Shown piece by piece: positions 1-12,697 of a DNA stretch of 64,000 nt. Position numbers and translations under genes: made by a program. The DNA is from the human T2T-CHM13v2.0 reference genome, Homo sapiens. The stretch lies in assembly GCF_009914755.1 (NCBI RefSeq), contig NC_060934.1, one strand, 5' to 3'. The notes under the pieces are model-generated. The model was not told where the DNA came from, did no database searches, and was given only the letters and a program-made list of their open reading frames with translations. Positions within the stretch are counted from its first letter, which is position 1. Each line of letters opens with the position of its first letter.

Positions 1-288
1 TTTTTTTGAGAGAGAGAGTCTTTGTCACCCAGGCTGGAGTGCAGTGGCGTGATTTCGGCTCACTGCAACCTCCAGCTCCTGAGTTCAAGCGATTCTCTTG
101 CCTCAGGCCTCCTAAGTAGCTGAGATTGCAGGTGCACACCACCATGCGCAGCTAATTTTTGTATTTTTAGTAGCGATGGGGTTTTGCCATGTTTCCCAGG
201 CTGCTCTCCAACTCCTGACCTGAAGTGATCCACCCGCCTCAGCCTCCCAAAGTGTTGAGATTATGGGTGTGAGCCACTGCACCTGGCC
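1..288 (-). mobile_element. Alu SINE (AluS-type)
   Basis: T-run, then CCCAGGCTGGAGTGCAGTGG...CTAATTTTTGTATTTTTAGTAG...GAGCCACTGCACCTGGCC: a dimeric antisense Alu. Confidence 0.97.
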
Positions 289-769
289 TATTTTCTGACA
301 TTCTAAGTGCAGTACAATGTAGAGTCTTTAAAAGTGTGGATAATGCATTTCCATTTTTAGTTGTTAAGGAACACCCATAGTGAAAGGGTAGTTTCCCTCA
401 ATTATGAAACATTAGGTTGTGATGTTATATGCAGAAATTTTATTTAATGATAAACATAACAGCTTGGGATTTGACATGGTGACAATGGCTAGAAAAGTGC
501 AGCTTAAGTGCTTTTCAAGCTGTGCTCGCTTCATTCATGCAGAATTGCTGTCTTTGCTGACTTCTGGTTTCTTGCTTAGGCGCTGACAAGAGAAAGTATC
601 TGTCTGTAGTTTCTAATGCTAGTGTTAGTCTAATCATAAAGCCAGCACACCTTTGTCTCATATAACACAAAGTTATTAATCAGCTCCCCAGTGTCTCTTG
701 TAGAAAGAATAAGAGGAAGTATTTTAAAAATACATATTCTATAAATATATTCTTATTGCCCATTCTTAG

Positions 770-872
770 AGTTTTCATTTGTTGAGCATCAGTGTACCAG
801 GTAATTTACAGACTTCTACAATCTTCATAATTATGGTGTAGGATAAATTTTTTTCCCTAGTTTACAGAAATG
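770..872 (-). mobile_element. MIR fragment
   Basis: Degenerate TTTGTTGAGCATC...TTTACAGAAATGA antisense MIR pattern. Confidence 0.4.
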
Positions 873-899
873 ACTATTTTTTGTAGTTGTATGTGAAAA

Positions 900-2201
900 T
901 TATAGAACAGTTTTGGGGATCTGCACAATGTTATGTTCTCACACAGAGAATTTGCCTTTGTTTCTTGTATGCAGGTAATTTGAAGAAGAACAATTCAATC
1001 TCTTTGGGAATTAAGTTGATTTGCAGCTCTATTTAAGTTTCTAGAAGAGCTGTTCTATATCTAGTTGCCCTTTCTCCAATAGCATAGCCCTTCATGAGTC
1101 CCAGCTGAAAGCTAGGAGTGTTTACTAAGCTCCTTCCCTCTCCAATTTTTGTTTTCTCAGTCTCATGAACCACTGAACTCCCTGCTGAACTCTGCTCACC
1201 TTTTCAGCCTTTGAGTTGCTGCTTCCTGTGTGGCTTTTTAGTCTGTCAGCCAGCACTTTAAAAAAAAATCTATGTGTATAAATAAAACTACCATGTGACC
1301 CAGCAATCCCACTACTGGATATTTGTCCAGAGCAAAGGAAATCAGTATATCAGAGATATTTGCACCCCTGTGTTTACTGCAGCACTATTCACAATAGTCA
1401 AGATTTGAAATCAACCCAGGTATACAATATCAGATTAATGGGTAAAGAAAATATAACATATATACACAGTGGAATACCATTCAGCTATAAAAAGAATGGA
1501 ATCCTGTCATTCCTGTCATCCCTGCTAACATGGATGGAATTGGAGGACATTACGTTGAGTGACATAAGCCAATCATGGAAAGATAAATACAGCATGTTCT
1601 CACTCATATGTGAAAGCTAAGAAAGTTGATCTCATGGAAGTAAAAAGTAGCACAGCGATATTAGAGGCTGGGAAGTGAGAGGGGAGAGGGGACATAGGGA
1701 GAGATTTGTTAAAGGAGACAAAATTACAGCTAGTTAGGAGGAATAAGTTCTAGTGTTCCATAACACTGAAGGATGGCTGTAGTTAATAACATATATTTTT
1801 TCAAATAGCTAGAAGAGGCTATTGGATGTTCCCAAAGCAAAGAAATAGTAAATATTTGAATGATGGTTATGCCAGTTACCCTGATTTGATCGCTATACAT
1901 TTTATGTATCAAAAATACACTATGTATGCCATAAATGTGTACCATTATTATGTGTCAATTAAAAAATAGAATTTTTTAAAAAAGTCAATGACTTGAGGAA
2001 AAATATGATGAATTTGGGAGTTACTGTTCTGTACTTCCCTTCTCTCAGGGATGTCAGCTGTCAAGTCCTTGAAACTTTGGTTGCACATTGCCTTCAGGTT
2101 TTAAATTAATTAGTTAATATTTTTTATATCCAGGATTTCTAGTTGTTTTCAGCAACAGCTAGCCGATTGCAGGTAGTCCTCTATAACTGTAAGTGGAAGT
2201 C
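900..2201 (-). mobile_element. Ancient L1M-type 5' region, interrupted by a younger L1MA
   Basis: CCCTTCTCTCAGGGAT...CCAGGATTTCTAGTTGTTTTCAGC...GGAAGTC resembles antisense old L1M 5' ends; it continues on both sides of the L1MA. Confidence 0.4.
1280..1983 (+). mobile_element. L1MA-type LINE-1 3' end (ORF2 C-terminus + 3'UTR), 5'-truncated
   Basis: GACCCAGCAATCCCACTACTGG, GCAGCACTATTCACAATAG, ORF2 tail (WMELEDITLSDISQSWKDKYSMFSLI), AGCTAGTTAGGAGGAATAAGTTCTAGTG; degenerate TSD TTTAAAAAAA(A)TCTATG / TTTAAAAAAGTCAATG. Confidence 0.92.
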
Positions 2202-2545
2202 TTTCCTGGAATCCTTCTTCTGGAAGCTTATTGATTTTGTTCTGGAAACAAATTCCAGTATTATTTTGAATCACATTGATTTGGTTATTGTCCGTATTTT
2301 ACCAATAACAATTCACAGTCCATGAAAGCTGGAAGCATGTAGTGCTTCTACAGTATTTCTCTTACATGGTAAGCTTTGTCCATCTGACAGGCAGTTGACA
2401 GGTACCCACTTCCAAGGCTGCTGCTGCTAATGTATAACTAGCACAATGACACACAGTAAAATGTTATAAGAATTCAGGAGCATTTCCCAACCCATCTTCT
2501 GGTTATAATTTAGAATATACTAGATCTTTAAAAAATTAAAAAAAA

Positions 2546-2586
2546 ATTTTTTTTTTGCGGAGACGGAGTTTTGCCATGTTGTCCAG
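2546..2586 (-). mobile_element. Short internal Alu fragment
   Basis: TTTTTTTGCGGAGACGGAGTTTTGCCATGTTGTCCAG matches the Alu left-arm 3' end and A-linker. Confidence 0.6.
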
Positions 2587-2754
2587 ATGCAGTATTTTGA
2601 GCCTATTGTGTCTATAATGTAAAGACAATTAGAAAATTTGACAAATTATCCCATATTAGATAATCCCTTGTCATGAATTGCATTACCCTGACTGACATTT
2701 TTCTCAGTAGGTGAACCATGAGGCACTAGATGAAACAGTGATGATTAAAAAGGG

Positions 2755-2850
2755 TATGTATTAGAATCACTTGGAGGGTTTGGACTATAGATCACGCTTC
2801 AGGTCCCATCCGGGGAGATTCTGATTGAATTGATCTGGGGTGAGATACAA
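2755..2850. mobile_element. MER5-like hAT-Charlie fragment
   Basis: ATTAGAATCACTTGGAGGG...GAGATTCTGATTGAATTGATCTGGGGTG. Confidence 0.5.
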
Positions 2851-3434
2851 ACGTCTTCCACTTCATATTCCTGATCCTCTGATTCCTACTTAGCCAAAGT
2901 GTCCTCTTCTCTGTAATATTTTCTTTTACTTCCCTGGACTCTATTTTTTCTCTTCTCTGAATTTCCAAGTTTACAATACTCCCAGGGCTCTTATGTGTGT
3001 ACTCATTTCTTATTAAATCATCTTTTTTTCTTAATTCAACTTTTAATGTTTTTACATTTTTCATTCATTTATATTCAGTCATATATCCCAACTGATGTTT
3101 AGTATATTTTATATTGTTATCATTATAGTTTTTCTTGTGTCATTCATAATCAAATCGTATGGTCTTACCTCACCACCTAAACTGTCAACCCTTTGATTAG
3201 GGACTGTATCTCATATTTATTTTGTAAAACGGTAGACACGGCCCTGTCCCTGGTGAAGAAAACATTCTTAAAGATTAAAAACAAGCAAAACAAACAATAT
3301 CATCCAGGGAAAAGCACTACCTTTATGTAAGAAAATACTTTGATAAGCCACTTATAATTGAATGTAAGTATTTCATGGTGGGCCACTAAGGCTGAAGACT
3401 ACACCTGAGATAGTCAATGCAATTGCTAAATGTC

Positions 3435-3739
3435 TTTATTTTTATTTTTAGAGATAGGGTCTCATTCTGTCATCCAGGCTGGAGTGCAGGGTCACAGTCT
3501 TGGCTCACTGCAGCCTTGACCTCCTGGGCTCAATTGATCTGACCACCTCAGCCTCCCTAGTAGCTGAGACCACAGGTGCATGCCACCACATCTGGTTAAT
3601 TTTTGTATTTCTCTTTGTTTAGAGCGACGGGTTTTCATCATGTTGCTTAGGCTGACCTCAAACTCCTGGGCTTAAGCGATCTGCCTGCCTCAGCCTTGCA
3701 AAGTGCTAGGGTTACAGGTGTTAGCCACTGCACCCAGCC
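3435..3739 (-). mobile_element. AluJ
   Basis: GCAGCCTTGACCTCCTGGGCTCAA and AAACTCCTGGGCTTAAGCGATC are AluJ-type diagnostics. Confidence 0.95.
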
Positions 3740-4309
3740 TTTACTTCAGAATGGAGAGAAATGCAGGGGTGATGGAAAAGCAAAAAACTAGATAAGACAG
3801 AAGGAAACTGAGAGAGAAAACAAGACAATGGGGTGTGGCTGAGCAACCAGCTTAGTCAGGTGCCTGGAGAAATTTTAATAAAAGGGAATCCTTATTCAAT
3901 CTTAAGTTATCTTGCTACACTTAAAAAGTAATAAACTCTCTGTTTCACCTAAGAAATCAGTAAAGAAGTTTGCTATACGTTACCCTATAAAACGTACCAT
4001 TTAGTTTAGTTTTTTTTCTTTATTTCCTTATGAATGAAACATGGGCAAGTGAATGCAGTAGATAGGATGCTGCTTGAACTGAGCTAATTTGGTGAAAGCC
4101 ACACCTTGGAGTCAGAACTGACCACTTGTCAGCCCCTGTGTAGACATCTCAAATATGCAATATAATACAGATAATTCAAGCCAATTTCATTTAAATGTTA
4201 AATTATTTAAGCTTTAAGACTTTAAGAATTAAGATCTTAAACTACTGCATGGGCTATAGAAATAACTGCTTTTTCTTAGCTGGTGTAAGGAACATGTGTA
4301 TATATTTAC

Positions 4310-4530
4310 GGCAAACTGCCTGGGATTAAATCCTGGATACACCATATTACCTTGGGAAAGTTACCCAGTTTAATTCTGCCTCAGATTTCTTAACAATGGA
4401 AGTAATAATAGTCCCAACCTCAGAGGGTGGCAATGAAGATAAAAATGAGTTAAGACACTTAAATCCTTTAGCCAAGTCCCTGAATGGCACATGCAGGAAT
4501 GCAAACAGTGTTAACAACCATTATCATTTT
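4310..4530 (+). mobile_element. MIR
   Basis: CTGCCTGGGATTAAATCC...CCTTGGGAAAGTTAC...TAATAATAGTCCCAACCTCAGAGGG. Confidence 0.75.
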
Positions 4531-4540
4531 ACTGCTGTGG

Positions 4541-4713
4541 TGTAGTTCTCAACCCTGCTTTGCATCAGAGTCACCTGCGGTATCTGAAAAAATGTACATC
4601 CTCAGGTTCTAGCCCACACCGATTAAGCAACATTTCTGGCATTGGAAATTGGGCATGCATAGAAAAAAACCACAGGGATCCTGAGAGACAGTCAACTCTG
4701 CAGAGCACTTCTG
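4541..4713. mobile_element. MER5-type hAT-Charlie MITE
   Basis: GTAGTTCTCAACCCTGCTTTGCATCAGAGTCACCTG start; degenerate terminal repeat at the end. Confidence 0.6.
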
Positions 4714-5627
4714 GGATATGTTTGCAGGTAGCAAAATGTGAAGATAAGTGTGAATGGTGAGATCCTATAGAAATTAGATCACTAGAGACACATAACTCAA
4801 GCTACCAATCCCCAAACTCATTAATATCAAAGTGAGTACTGTCCAAAAGTCTTTGGCTGTCAAATGGAGATGTGAGAAACCAGCTGTTGAACACCTTTCT
4901 GGGTCTAGCTGGAACCCAACCTTGAGGAAAGAATGTTTGTCATTCCAGCTGATTCTTATTGAAAGAAAATAACATTTTTCTCTCTGCTTTGAGAATGAAT
5001 TCAAGGATCCGGAGAACATAATTGGCGTCTATGATGATGAATGTTTACATGACAATTCTGAGCTGTCTTTTCTTCAGTGTGAACCTAACTGTTATTGCTT
5101 TATAGGATTTTGCATTTTAGAAGAATAGAATGACAGTAGCAATTATGTCATGACCTCAGGAGGAGGTAGACTTTTCCAGATAGTTGTGATTTTTCTGGAA
5201 TCCCTCTTGCCTGACATTGACTGTTACACAGCCACTATTTGTGTTGCTCAGTCTGACACCTGACCACAGGTACATGCTTGTAAGTTCTTGCTCAGATTCT
5301 TCAATAATTCTTTATGATTGTGTTTCCAGGATAATAAAGATGAACCCTGTGGTTGGCATTCAAGATTCTCTAGTGTGAGTCTCAGTTACTTTACTCTTAC
5401 TTTAGCCAGTTGAGCCTGTTTCTGTATACCAAACATTTGGGAGATAGAGATGATGTGATTGTTACACTTAGACTAGCAGACTCAGCTCTTCTCTCCTGAC
5501 TTTCCCCCTGTAGCCTAATGATAGGCCAGCGATAGTAATAAGAAGGCAAAAACTTGTCTTAGTAATATGGATTTTAGGCACAACCATATACAGTATCTAT
5601 CAAATTATCATTTGGAGGAGGGCAGAC

Positions 5628-5870
5628 GGCTATAATGGTTAAAACCATGTACTTTGGAGATAGATTTTGCTTCAGGATGTTCCTTAACCTCTTCATGCTT
5701 CTATCTGTAAAATGGGGATAAATCGTAGTAAGTAATTCATAGATACAGGAGAAGGAATTGAGTTTTATTTTTCTTTCTATTTTGTTTTATTTAGTTCTAG
5801 TTTATTTTAATTTTATTTTGTTTTACCTATGGAACAGTGCCTGTCACATAGTAAGTCTTATATTGGTGTT
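5628..5870 (+). mobile_element. MIR split by a (TTTTA/G)n low-complexity tract
   Basis: CTTAACCTCT...CTATCTGTAAAATGGGGATAA core; 3' part GAACAGTGCCTGTCACATAGTAAG. Confidence 0.65.
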
Positions 5871-5993
5871 TGTTAGAGGGAAAGAAAAAGTTACAGCGGT
5901 GGAAGTTCTTAGCACAATGGAGTCTTCCAAGCATGGCTTCCTCTACTGATTCTTGCCTAGTATTAAGATGTTAGACTCTGATCTTAATGTTTG

Positions 5994-6047
5994 ACTTATT
6001 CTTTACCATATTGATTACATACTTATTCTTTACCATATTGATTACAT
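5994..6047. repeat. Perfect 27-bp tandem duplication
   Basis: ACTTATTCTTTACCATATTGATTACAT x2 (5994-6020, 6021-6047). Confidence 0.97.
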
Positions 6048-6399
6048 CCTGGGTTTGTCAAAAGTGAAAGGAATAATTCTTACCCTTGTTATTTTAACCA
6101 GTATTTTTTTTTACTTTTATCTAAAAGGGCATTTTTTACAACTATTATAATTTTTCTAGAGTATAACCAAGTCCTACTTGAGTATTCCCTCTTTGCTACT
6201 TTCTGGAGGAATTTTGGGTTTCATATCTGGTTTCTAAAGTACAGCAAAGAAAGGAAAACTAGAGTCTTATGCTCTGCTGGTGTGTCCTTAATCTTTCGAT
6301 CTCTCCTCAATTCCTGTGTTTGGGTCATTTTATAGTTTCTGCAGAACTAGAACTTTGCTGCTTAAAATCATCCCTGGACTCTTAGTCATTGGCCAGCCC

Positions 6400-7170
6400 A
6401 AGCATGCTGTTGGTTCTTGATATGATTTGGTTGTGTCTCCACTCAAATCTCATCTTGAATTCCCACATGTTGTGAGAGGGACCCAGTGGGAGGTAATTGA
6501 GTCACGCGGGCAGGTCTTTCCTGTGCTGTTCTCATGATAGTGAGTAAGTCTCACAAGATCTGATGGTTCTATAAGGGGGAGTTTCCCTGAACAAGCTCTC
6601 TCTCTTTGCCTGCTGCCATCCATGTAAGATGTGACTTGCTTGCTCCTCCTTGCCTTCCACCATAATTGTGAGGCCTCCTCAGCCACATGAAACTATAAGT
6701 CTATTAAACCTCTTTCTTTTGTAAATGGCCAAGTCTTGGGTATGTCTTTATCAGCAGCATGAAATGGACTAATACAGTTCTCCACTCATATTTTCCACTC
6801 TTATTTCCTTACTACATTAGTGCCTGCCATCAGACTTCCAGACACTGTGGCCTGCTGGAGGACTTCCAGAGGACTTTCTCTGCTGCTAAAGAATGCACCT
6901 CTGCCTGTGCCCATGACTGGCCCAAAGTGCAGGAGAATTGACATTGCCCAACCAACGACTGATAAATATACCATGTTCCTTCCTTCTCAGGTTAAATCTA
7001 GGGCTTTTCCAGTGGGATTGAGCTCTAGAAACTGTCTCTATTGAATGCCTCATCATCCTTCACTGACTTCTCCACTCCCTAACTGTTGTTCTTTCCCTCC
7101 GCAAATAAAAGACTTGGACTCCAATACTTATATCAGCTTCTGCTTCTGGGGGAACCCATGCTCAGGCCTA
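6400..7170 (+). mobile_element. LTR16-like ERVL LTR, interrupted by THE1
   Basis: GGCCCAAAGTGCAGGAGAATTGAC, CCAGTGGGATTGAGCTC, AATAAA...CTGCTTCTGGGGGAACCCA; 5' boundary uncertain. Confidence 0.7.
6418..6776 (+). mobile_element. THE1 (best match THE1C) MaLR solo LTR
   Basis: TGATATGATTTGG...GGACTAATACA with perfect 5-bp TSD GTTCT (6413-6417 / 6777-6781). Confidence 0.95.
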
Positions 7171-7282
7171 CATGTTCTTCCAATGTGTAGCATAAAGGTT
7201 GGAGTGATAAAGTCCAATTTGATCTGTTTTGCAGGTGCAGCAGGTACTGGGGACTGGTTGCCACCATTACAGCATTAGTTGG

Positions 7283-7649
7283 TGCTATAGACTGAATGTA
7301 AGTGTCCCCTGAAATTCGTATGTTGAAACCCTAATCCCCAATGTGATGGTATTTGGAATTGGGGCATTGGGAAGTAATTAGGTCATGAGGGTTGAGCCCT
7401 CATGGAGGGATTAGTGCCCTTGGAAGAAGAGGAAATGACAAGAACCTCCTTTCACCCCCCAGTCTCTGTGCATGCACCAAGCAAAGGCCATGTGAGGACA
7501 TACCAGGAAAAGGCCCTCACCAGACACCAAATCTGCCAGCACTCCAGTCTTGAACTTCCCAGCTTCTAGAACGATGAGAAATAAACTTCTATTGTTTAAG
7601 CCACCCAATGTAGAGTATCTTGTTATAGTGGTCTGGAATGACTAAATCA
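7283..7649 (+). mobile_element. MLT1A/MLT1A0 MaLR solo LTR
   Basis: TGCTATAGACTGAATG...GAAATAAACTTCTATTGTTTAAGCCACCC...ACTAAATCA; TSD GTTGG on both sides. Confidence 0.92.
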
Positions 7650-7727
7650 GTTGGTGACGGAAGTGATATGGGAGATAACATCAAGTAAAGAGTTTATATA
7701 CCATGTAAAGAGCAAAAGTGCTTAAGG

Positions 7728-8030
7728 GGCCAGGTGCGGTGGCTCACGCCTGTAATCCCAGCACTTTAGGAGGCCGAGGCAGATGAATCACCTGAGGTCA
7801 GGAGTTCAAGACCAGCCTGGCCAAAATGATGAAACCTCATCTCTACTAAAAATACAAAAATTGAGCTGGAAGTGGTGGTGTGTGCCTGAAATCCCAGCTA
7901 TTTGGGAAGGTGAGACAGGAGAATCTCCTGAACCCAGGAGGCAGAGGTTGCAATGAGATTGCTGAGATTGCGCCACTGTACTCCAGCCTGGGTGACAGAG
8001 AGAGACTCTGTGTCAAAAGAGAAAAGAAAA
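7728..8030 (+). mobile_element. AluS (Sx-like)
   Basis: Full dimer; TSD AAAAGTGC(T/C)TAAGG. Confidence 0.97.
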
Positions 8031-8544
8031 GTGCCTAAGGGATAAATACATCCTTGCTTTTTTATTTTGAGTCCTCTTCCTAGTTTTACTCTGGATCAAG
8101 TATCAGGGCTGCTTCAGAGATTACATGGAACAATTACTAGAAATAGATGCTGAATAGATGTGCCATTCCAGGTCTTTAAAAATGACATATACCAGCCCTA
8201 TGTATATGAGGACTAAGCAACTGAAAAATTCCTTGCAGACTACTATATACGTGTCTTAAATCCCCTCCTCTCTTGCCCCATCAACCCTTCAATGAGTCTC
8301 TATTTCCCACTCTTTGTGGATATTCAGAGACTATATTTGGACCCCTTCCCATAGATACAAACCCATTTTCTCTATTACTACCTCCTATATATCCTTGACT
8401 TCAGTGAATTTGTTATGTTCATTTTTCCCCCAAATACAGGATGTTCATTTTTGGATATGGCTGTTTTCTCCAGTTTTTTCCCACCTGGATTTCCTTCTCA
8501 TTCTTCTCTGTTGAACAAAATTCTATTCTCCGCTCAGGCTGCAT

Positions 8545-9015
8545 CCACTGGGATAAGTTTTAATTAGAAATAGCAGAAAACTCAACTGATAGTGGTAAAA
8601 TGAATACGAGGTTTATTTATATCATACAACAAGAAATTTGGAAGTAGGATATCTTAGGCTGGTTGATTAGTATAATGGCTTCATACCTCAGTTCCTTTTG
8701 TGCTTAAACTGTGTCTTTTATGGCCATGGTTCCAAAAGGCTGTTGTACCTCTAGGCATTGTATCCATATTCCAGGTAGAAGAAAGGGAAGGAATAAATGG
8801 CAAAAGCTAAATGCCAAAATGTATACCTTTTTTCATTTTAGAAAGCCTGTCTAATGACTTCTGCTTAAGTTTCACTGGCTGGAAGTGAGTTGCATGGCTA
8901 AACTCAGCTGTGGGGGATGCTGGAAGGATTTCTTAACACTCTAGGCTCCATTTCAGAGAAAATTCAGGGAAAACAAAATTGTGAAAGATTTTTGCGTAGC
9001 TGATTCACAGCATCC
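8545..9015 (-). mobile_element. Old MLT1 (J/K/L-type) MaLR LTR
   Basis: CAGAAAACTCAACT...GACTTCTGCTTAAGTTTCACTGGCTGGAA...GCATGGCTAAACTCAGCTG. Confidence 0.6.
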
Positions 9016-11233
9016 AAACATTCAGCTTTTTAAATTCCATGAACTCCAGCAACATTTATTGATGGCAGCCATTTTGTTTTTTAAATTTAAGCCATGATGT
9101 TACAGATGAAAAAATATTATAGATATATGTTTTAGCTTTTTGACTGGATTTGAAACAAATGTGAATTTCATCTTGTCATATGACTAGCAACTACTACTTA
9201 CAAGTTTCTTGAAAATAAACATATGCCATTGAGGATGAATTAAGCAAATGAAGAGTAACTGCTGCAAACCGGACTGGCCAGATCCATGATCATGGTTTCA
9301 CTGGCTCTTCCTCCTTCTTGCTGATACTAGGTAAGCCCCAGATTTCATGGATGTGGTCAAATCCATGTGCTAAGAGGTCAAAGCCAAGTGCTAAGAGCTG
9401 AAGAGGAGATGTGAATAAAAAGCCCATAGGAAGATGAGTATAGGATGTTTTTCGAAATCCTACTGTATGTCAGTTGTGGGTAAAGAAACAGTATTGATGT
9501 AATTCTCATTAGGCAGTGAAGGAAATCTATTGGCGGGCATTCAAAGAAGTCAAACAACTTGCGTTAGATAATATAGTGGTAGAAAATGAAGCTGGGATTG
9601 TCTGACAGGTATACATTCAAAGTTAACTTCTTTCTACTGTTTCAGGATAAAAAACTAAGGGAAATTATGTGGGTCAAAGGTTAGCCAACAGCCAGAATTA
9701 TTTTTCTCAAATCACTTTTGGAAGGACATTAATTCAGAGTTCATCAAGGTTAATCACTTCTGACTATAAAGTAAATATCTAGGCAATTTCTAGCAATGAC
9801 AACATATTGGGGTCTTAAAACGATTTTGTTTTACGGTGGAGCTAAATCTTTTCAGAATCAATTTGAGCAAGTGAAACGAAAGGCCGAAAAAATACAGCTT
9901 TGTAAATAATGGAAGTCTTGACATTCTTTAATACTACAGAGCAAATAGCTCCACACTCTAATTACTGTTGTATTGTGTTTGAGTATCTTTGGTGATGGTA
10001 ATTAAAGAGTGATTCTTGCATATTTTTCTTAAAATATCCATGCATCCCTTTCATGCTGCTAAATTCTTCCAAAGACACATGCCAGTAACTGGGAAGAAAC
10101 ACAGACCAGACTACATTTCTTTTCAGGCTTTTTATCTCAGTTATTTGTATTAACAGACTGCAAAAAATGGATATTATTTATGCTGGAAGAGAGAATGGAA
10201 GGGTATCCTAAATATCAGTATTAGAGCTTTTTGCTCTTTTAGGTTCTTAGGTGAAGGTGATGAAGTATTTTATTTTAGGGGCTTTTAATCTTTTGCTTGT
10301 GGGTTTTTTCTTTGTCTAGTATTACAGTCTTGAACAATTATGAAGAAGATATTACACTACTTTTCCTGGTCAAATTACAATAAACCTAATAGAATGGAAA
10401 TTTTACTGTTTAAGGATTAGTGTAGTTGTTTCCAGCTTTTTCAGCTGTGCGGAATTCTTTTTAAAGTAACAAATAAATTAATAGAAACATTCACATTTTA
10501 TTACTTAATAGTATTTTTCATGGTGGTTGACATAACAAAAATGCTATGAAAATAATACTTTCACATAACTTGTAATTTGTTAATCAGTAAAATCTGCATA
10601 AATTTGAAATGTAATAACAAGTATATGTGTAAGACACATTATTTATTCCACTACATTCAATGCTTAGTGCTTTGTGAATCTATGGATTATTATGCTACCT
10701 TTTAGGATTCAATGGAAATGATCTAGAAGATACCTTTGTAGAGAATTGGAAGAGAAGCTGAGCAAAACAGTTCAGGGCAGGAGATATGTCCAGAGGGGCT
10801 GCTAATTGTCCTGTGGTTTAAAGAAATTTCTAAAACTCCAAATAAGAGACATTCAGCCATAACATCCTAAATTTTTCTTAAGAAATGTTTACATTCAGTA
10901 TTGTAAACTAAGTGCGAGACATTCATGGTAGACTGTGGTTCTTCTGAAGGTAAACTTGTCATTTGAGCTTCCTACAGTAGTTGGTATTATTTTAAATAAT
11001 ATATAATTTAAGACATTAAATAATAGACATTCTGCTCAGAAATATTTAGCCTATTCTTGGATTAAGTGCTAATTTTAGGGAGATTCACATTCAGAACATT
11101 TTGGTATTCATATAGAAACTACTAAAAGTCTAAAACTAAGTGAGTTCATTGTTAATGAGAGATCATATTCTATAGTGGTGAGCATAGGTTTTGGTTTGAG
11201 GCTCAGATGTTCATGCATAGTCTAGCTTAGTGA

Positions 11234-11531
<298 letters not shown>

Positions 11532-11998
11532 AGCTATTTGTTTTTGATCCTTTGTTAAAAAAAATCTTGGATTTCTCAAGAGAAACTATTATTAGGATTT
11601 TTATAGAGATTAAATATATTATGATTAATCTATTATAGGTTTGGCCCATTTTAGTGCTTATTAAGTTATAGCTATGGTTGTTATTCAATTTCATCTGTTC
11701 TAGATACAACAATAATTTCTGAAACAGAAGCTATGATTTCAGAGTTGCATAGGTAAATACTAGAAACACAAAGGCTGATATTTTTCAATATGGATATATT
11801 TTGCTAATATTTTCAATAAAACCTTTTGGAGAAGTCTTTTAGAATATGAATCCTATATAAGTGGATTGGCTATGCACTTAAAAAGTCAGTTTGAGGGAAA
11901 CAGTTAATGTCAAAAGCCATGTACGTGGGATGCCTAAAGTGGTCAGTGTTCAGAGGGAGGAACTGCAAAGACGCACTGATATTTCAAGTATTCTACAT

Positions 11999-12529
11999 CA
12001 GTGGTGCCCAACCTTTTTGGCACCAGGGACCGGTTTTGTGGAAGACAGTTTTTCCATGGACCAGAGAAGAGAGGGAAGGTTTTGGGGTAATTCAAGCACA
12101 TTACATTTATTGTGCAGTTTATTTCTATTATTGTTACATTGTAATATATAATAAAATAATAATGCAACTCACCATAATGTAGAACCAATGGGAGGCCCGA
12201 GCTTGTTTTCCTGCAACTGGATGGTTCCATCTGGGGATGATGGGAGACAGTGACAGATCATTAGGCATTAGACTCTCATAAGGAGCACACAACCTAGATC
12301 CCTCACATGTGCAGTTCACAATAGGGTTCATGCTCCTATGAGAATCTAATGCTGCCACTGATGTGACAGGAGGTGGAGCTCCGGTGGTAATGCAAGCGAT
12401 GGGGAGCAGCTGTAAATACAGATGAAGCTTCACTCATTCACCCGCCACTCATCTCCTGCTCTGTACTCCTGGTTCCTAACAGGCTACAGAGTGGTACGAG
12501 TCCATGGCTCAGGGAGTTGGGGATCTCTG
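11999..12529 (+). mobile_element. MER1A (hAT-Charlie) non-autonomous DNA transposon
   Basis: CAGTGGTGCCCAACC...GTTGGGGATCTCTG terminal inverted repeats; 8-bp TSD TTCTACAT / GTCTATAT; typical internal sequence. Confidence 0.93.
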
Positions 12530-12658
12530 GTCTATATGGTATTTTCTTTCTCATGGATACCATGTCCTTGCATATGAAACTGTTAGAAAGCAGCTCCTGC
12601 CTCGTATTTTCCATCTACTATTCTATATCTGGTCTCAGAAGGCCAAATCAAGGAAATG

Positions 12659-12697
12659 AATATATACATATATATTATATATATATGTATATATATA
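12659..12697. repeat. (TA)n-rich microsatellite
   Basis: Visible directly in the sequence. Confidence 0.9.

Noticed and set aside
11891-12433. Four overlapping ORFs on both strands
   Set aside because: All lie largely within MER1A and show no transposase motifs.
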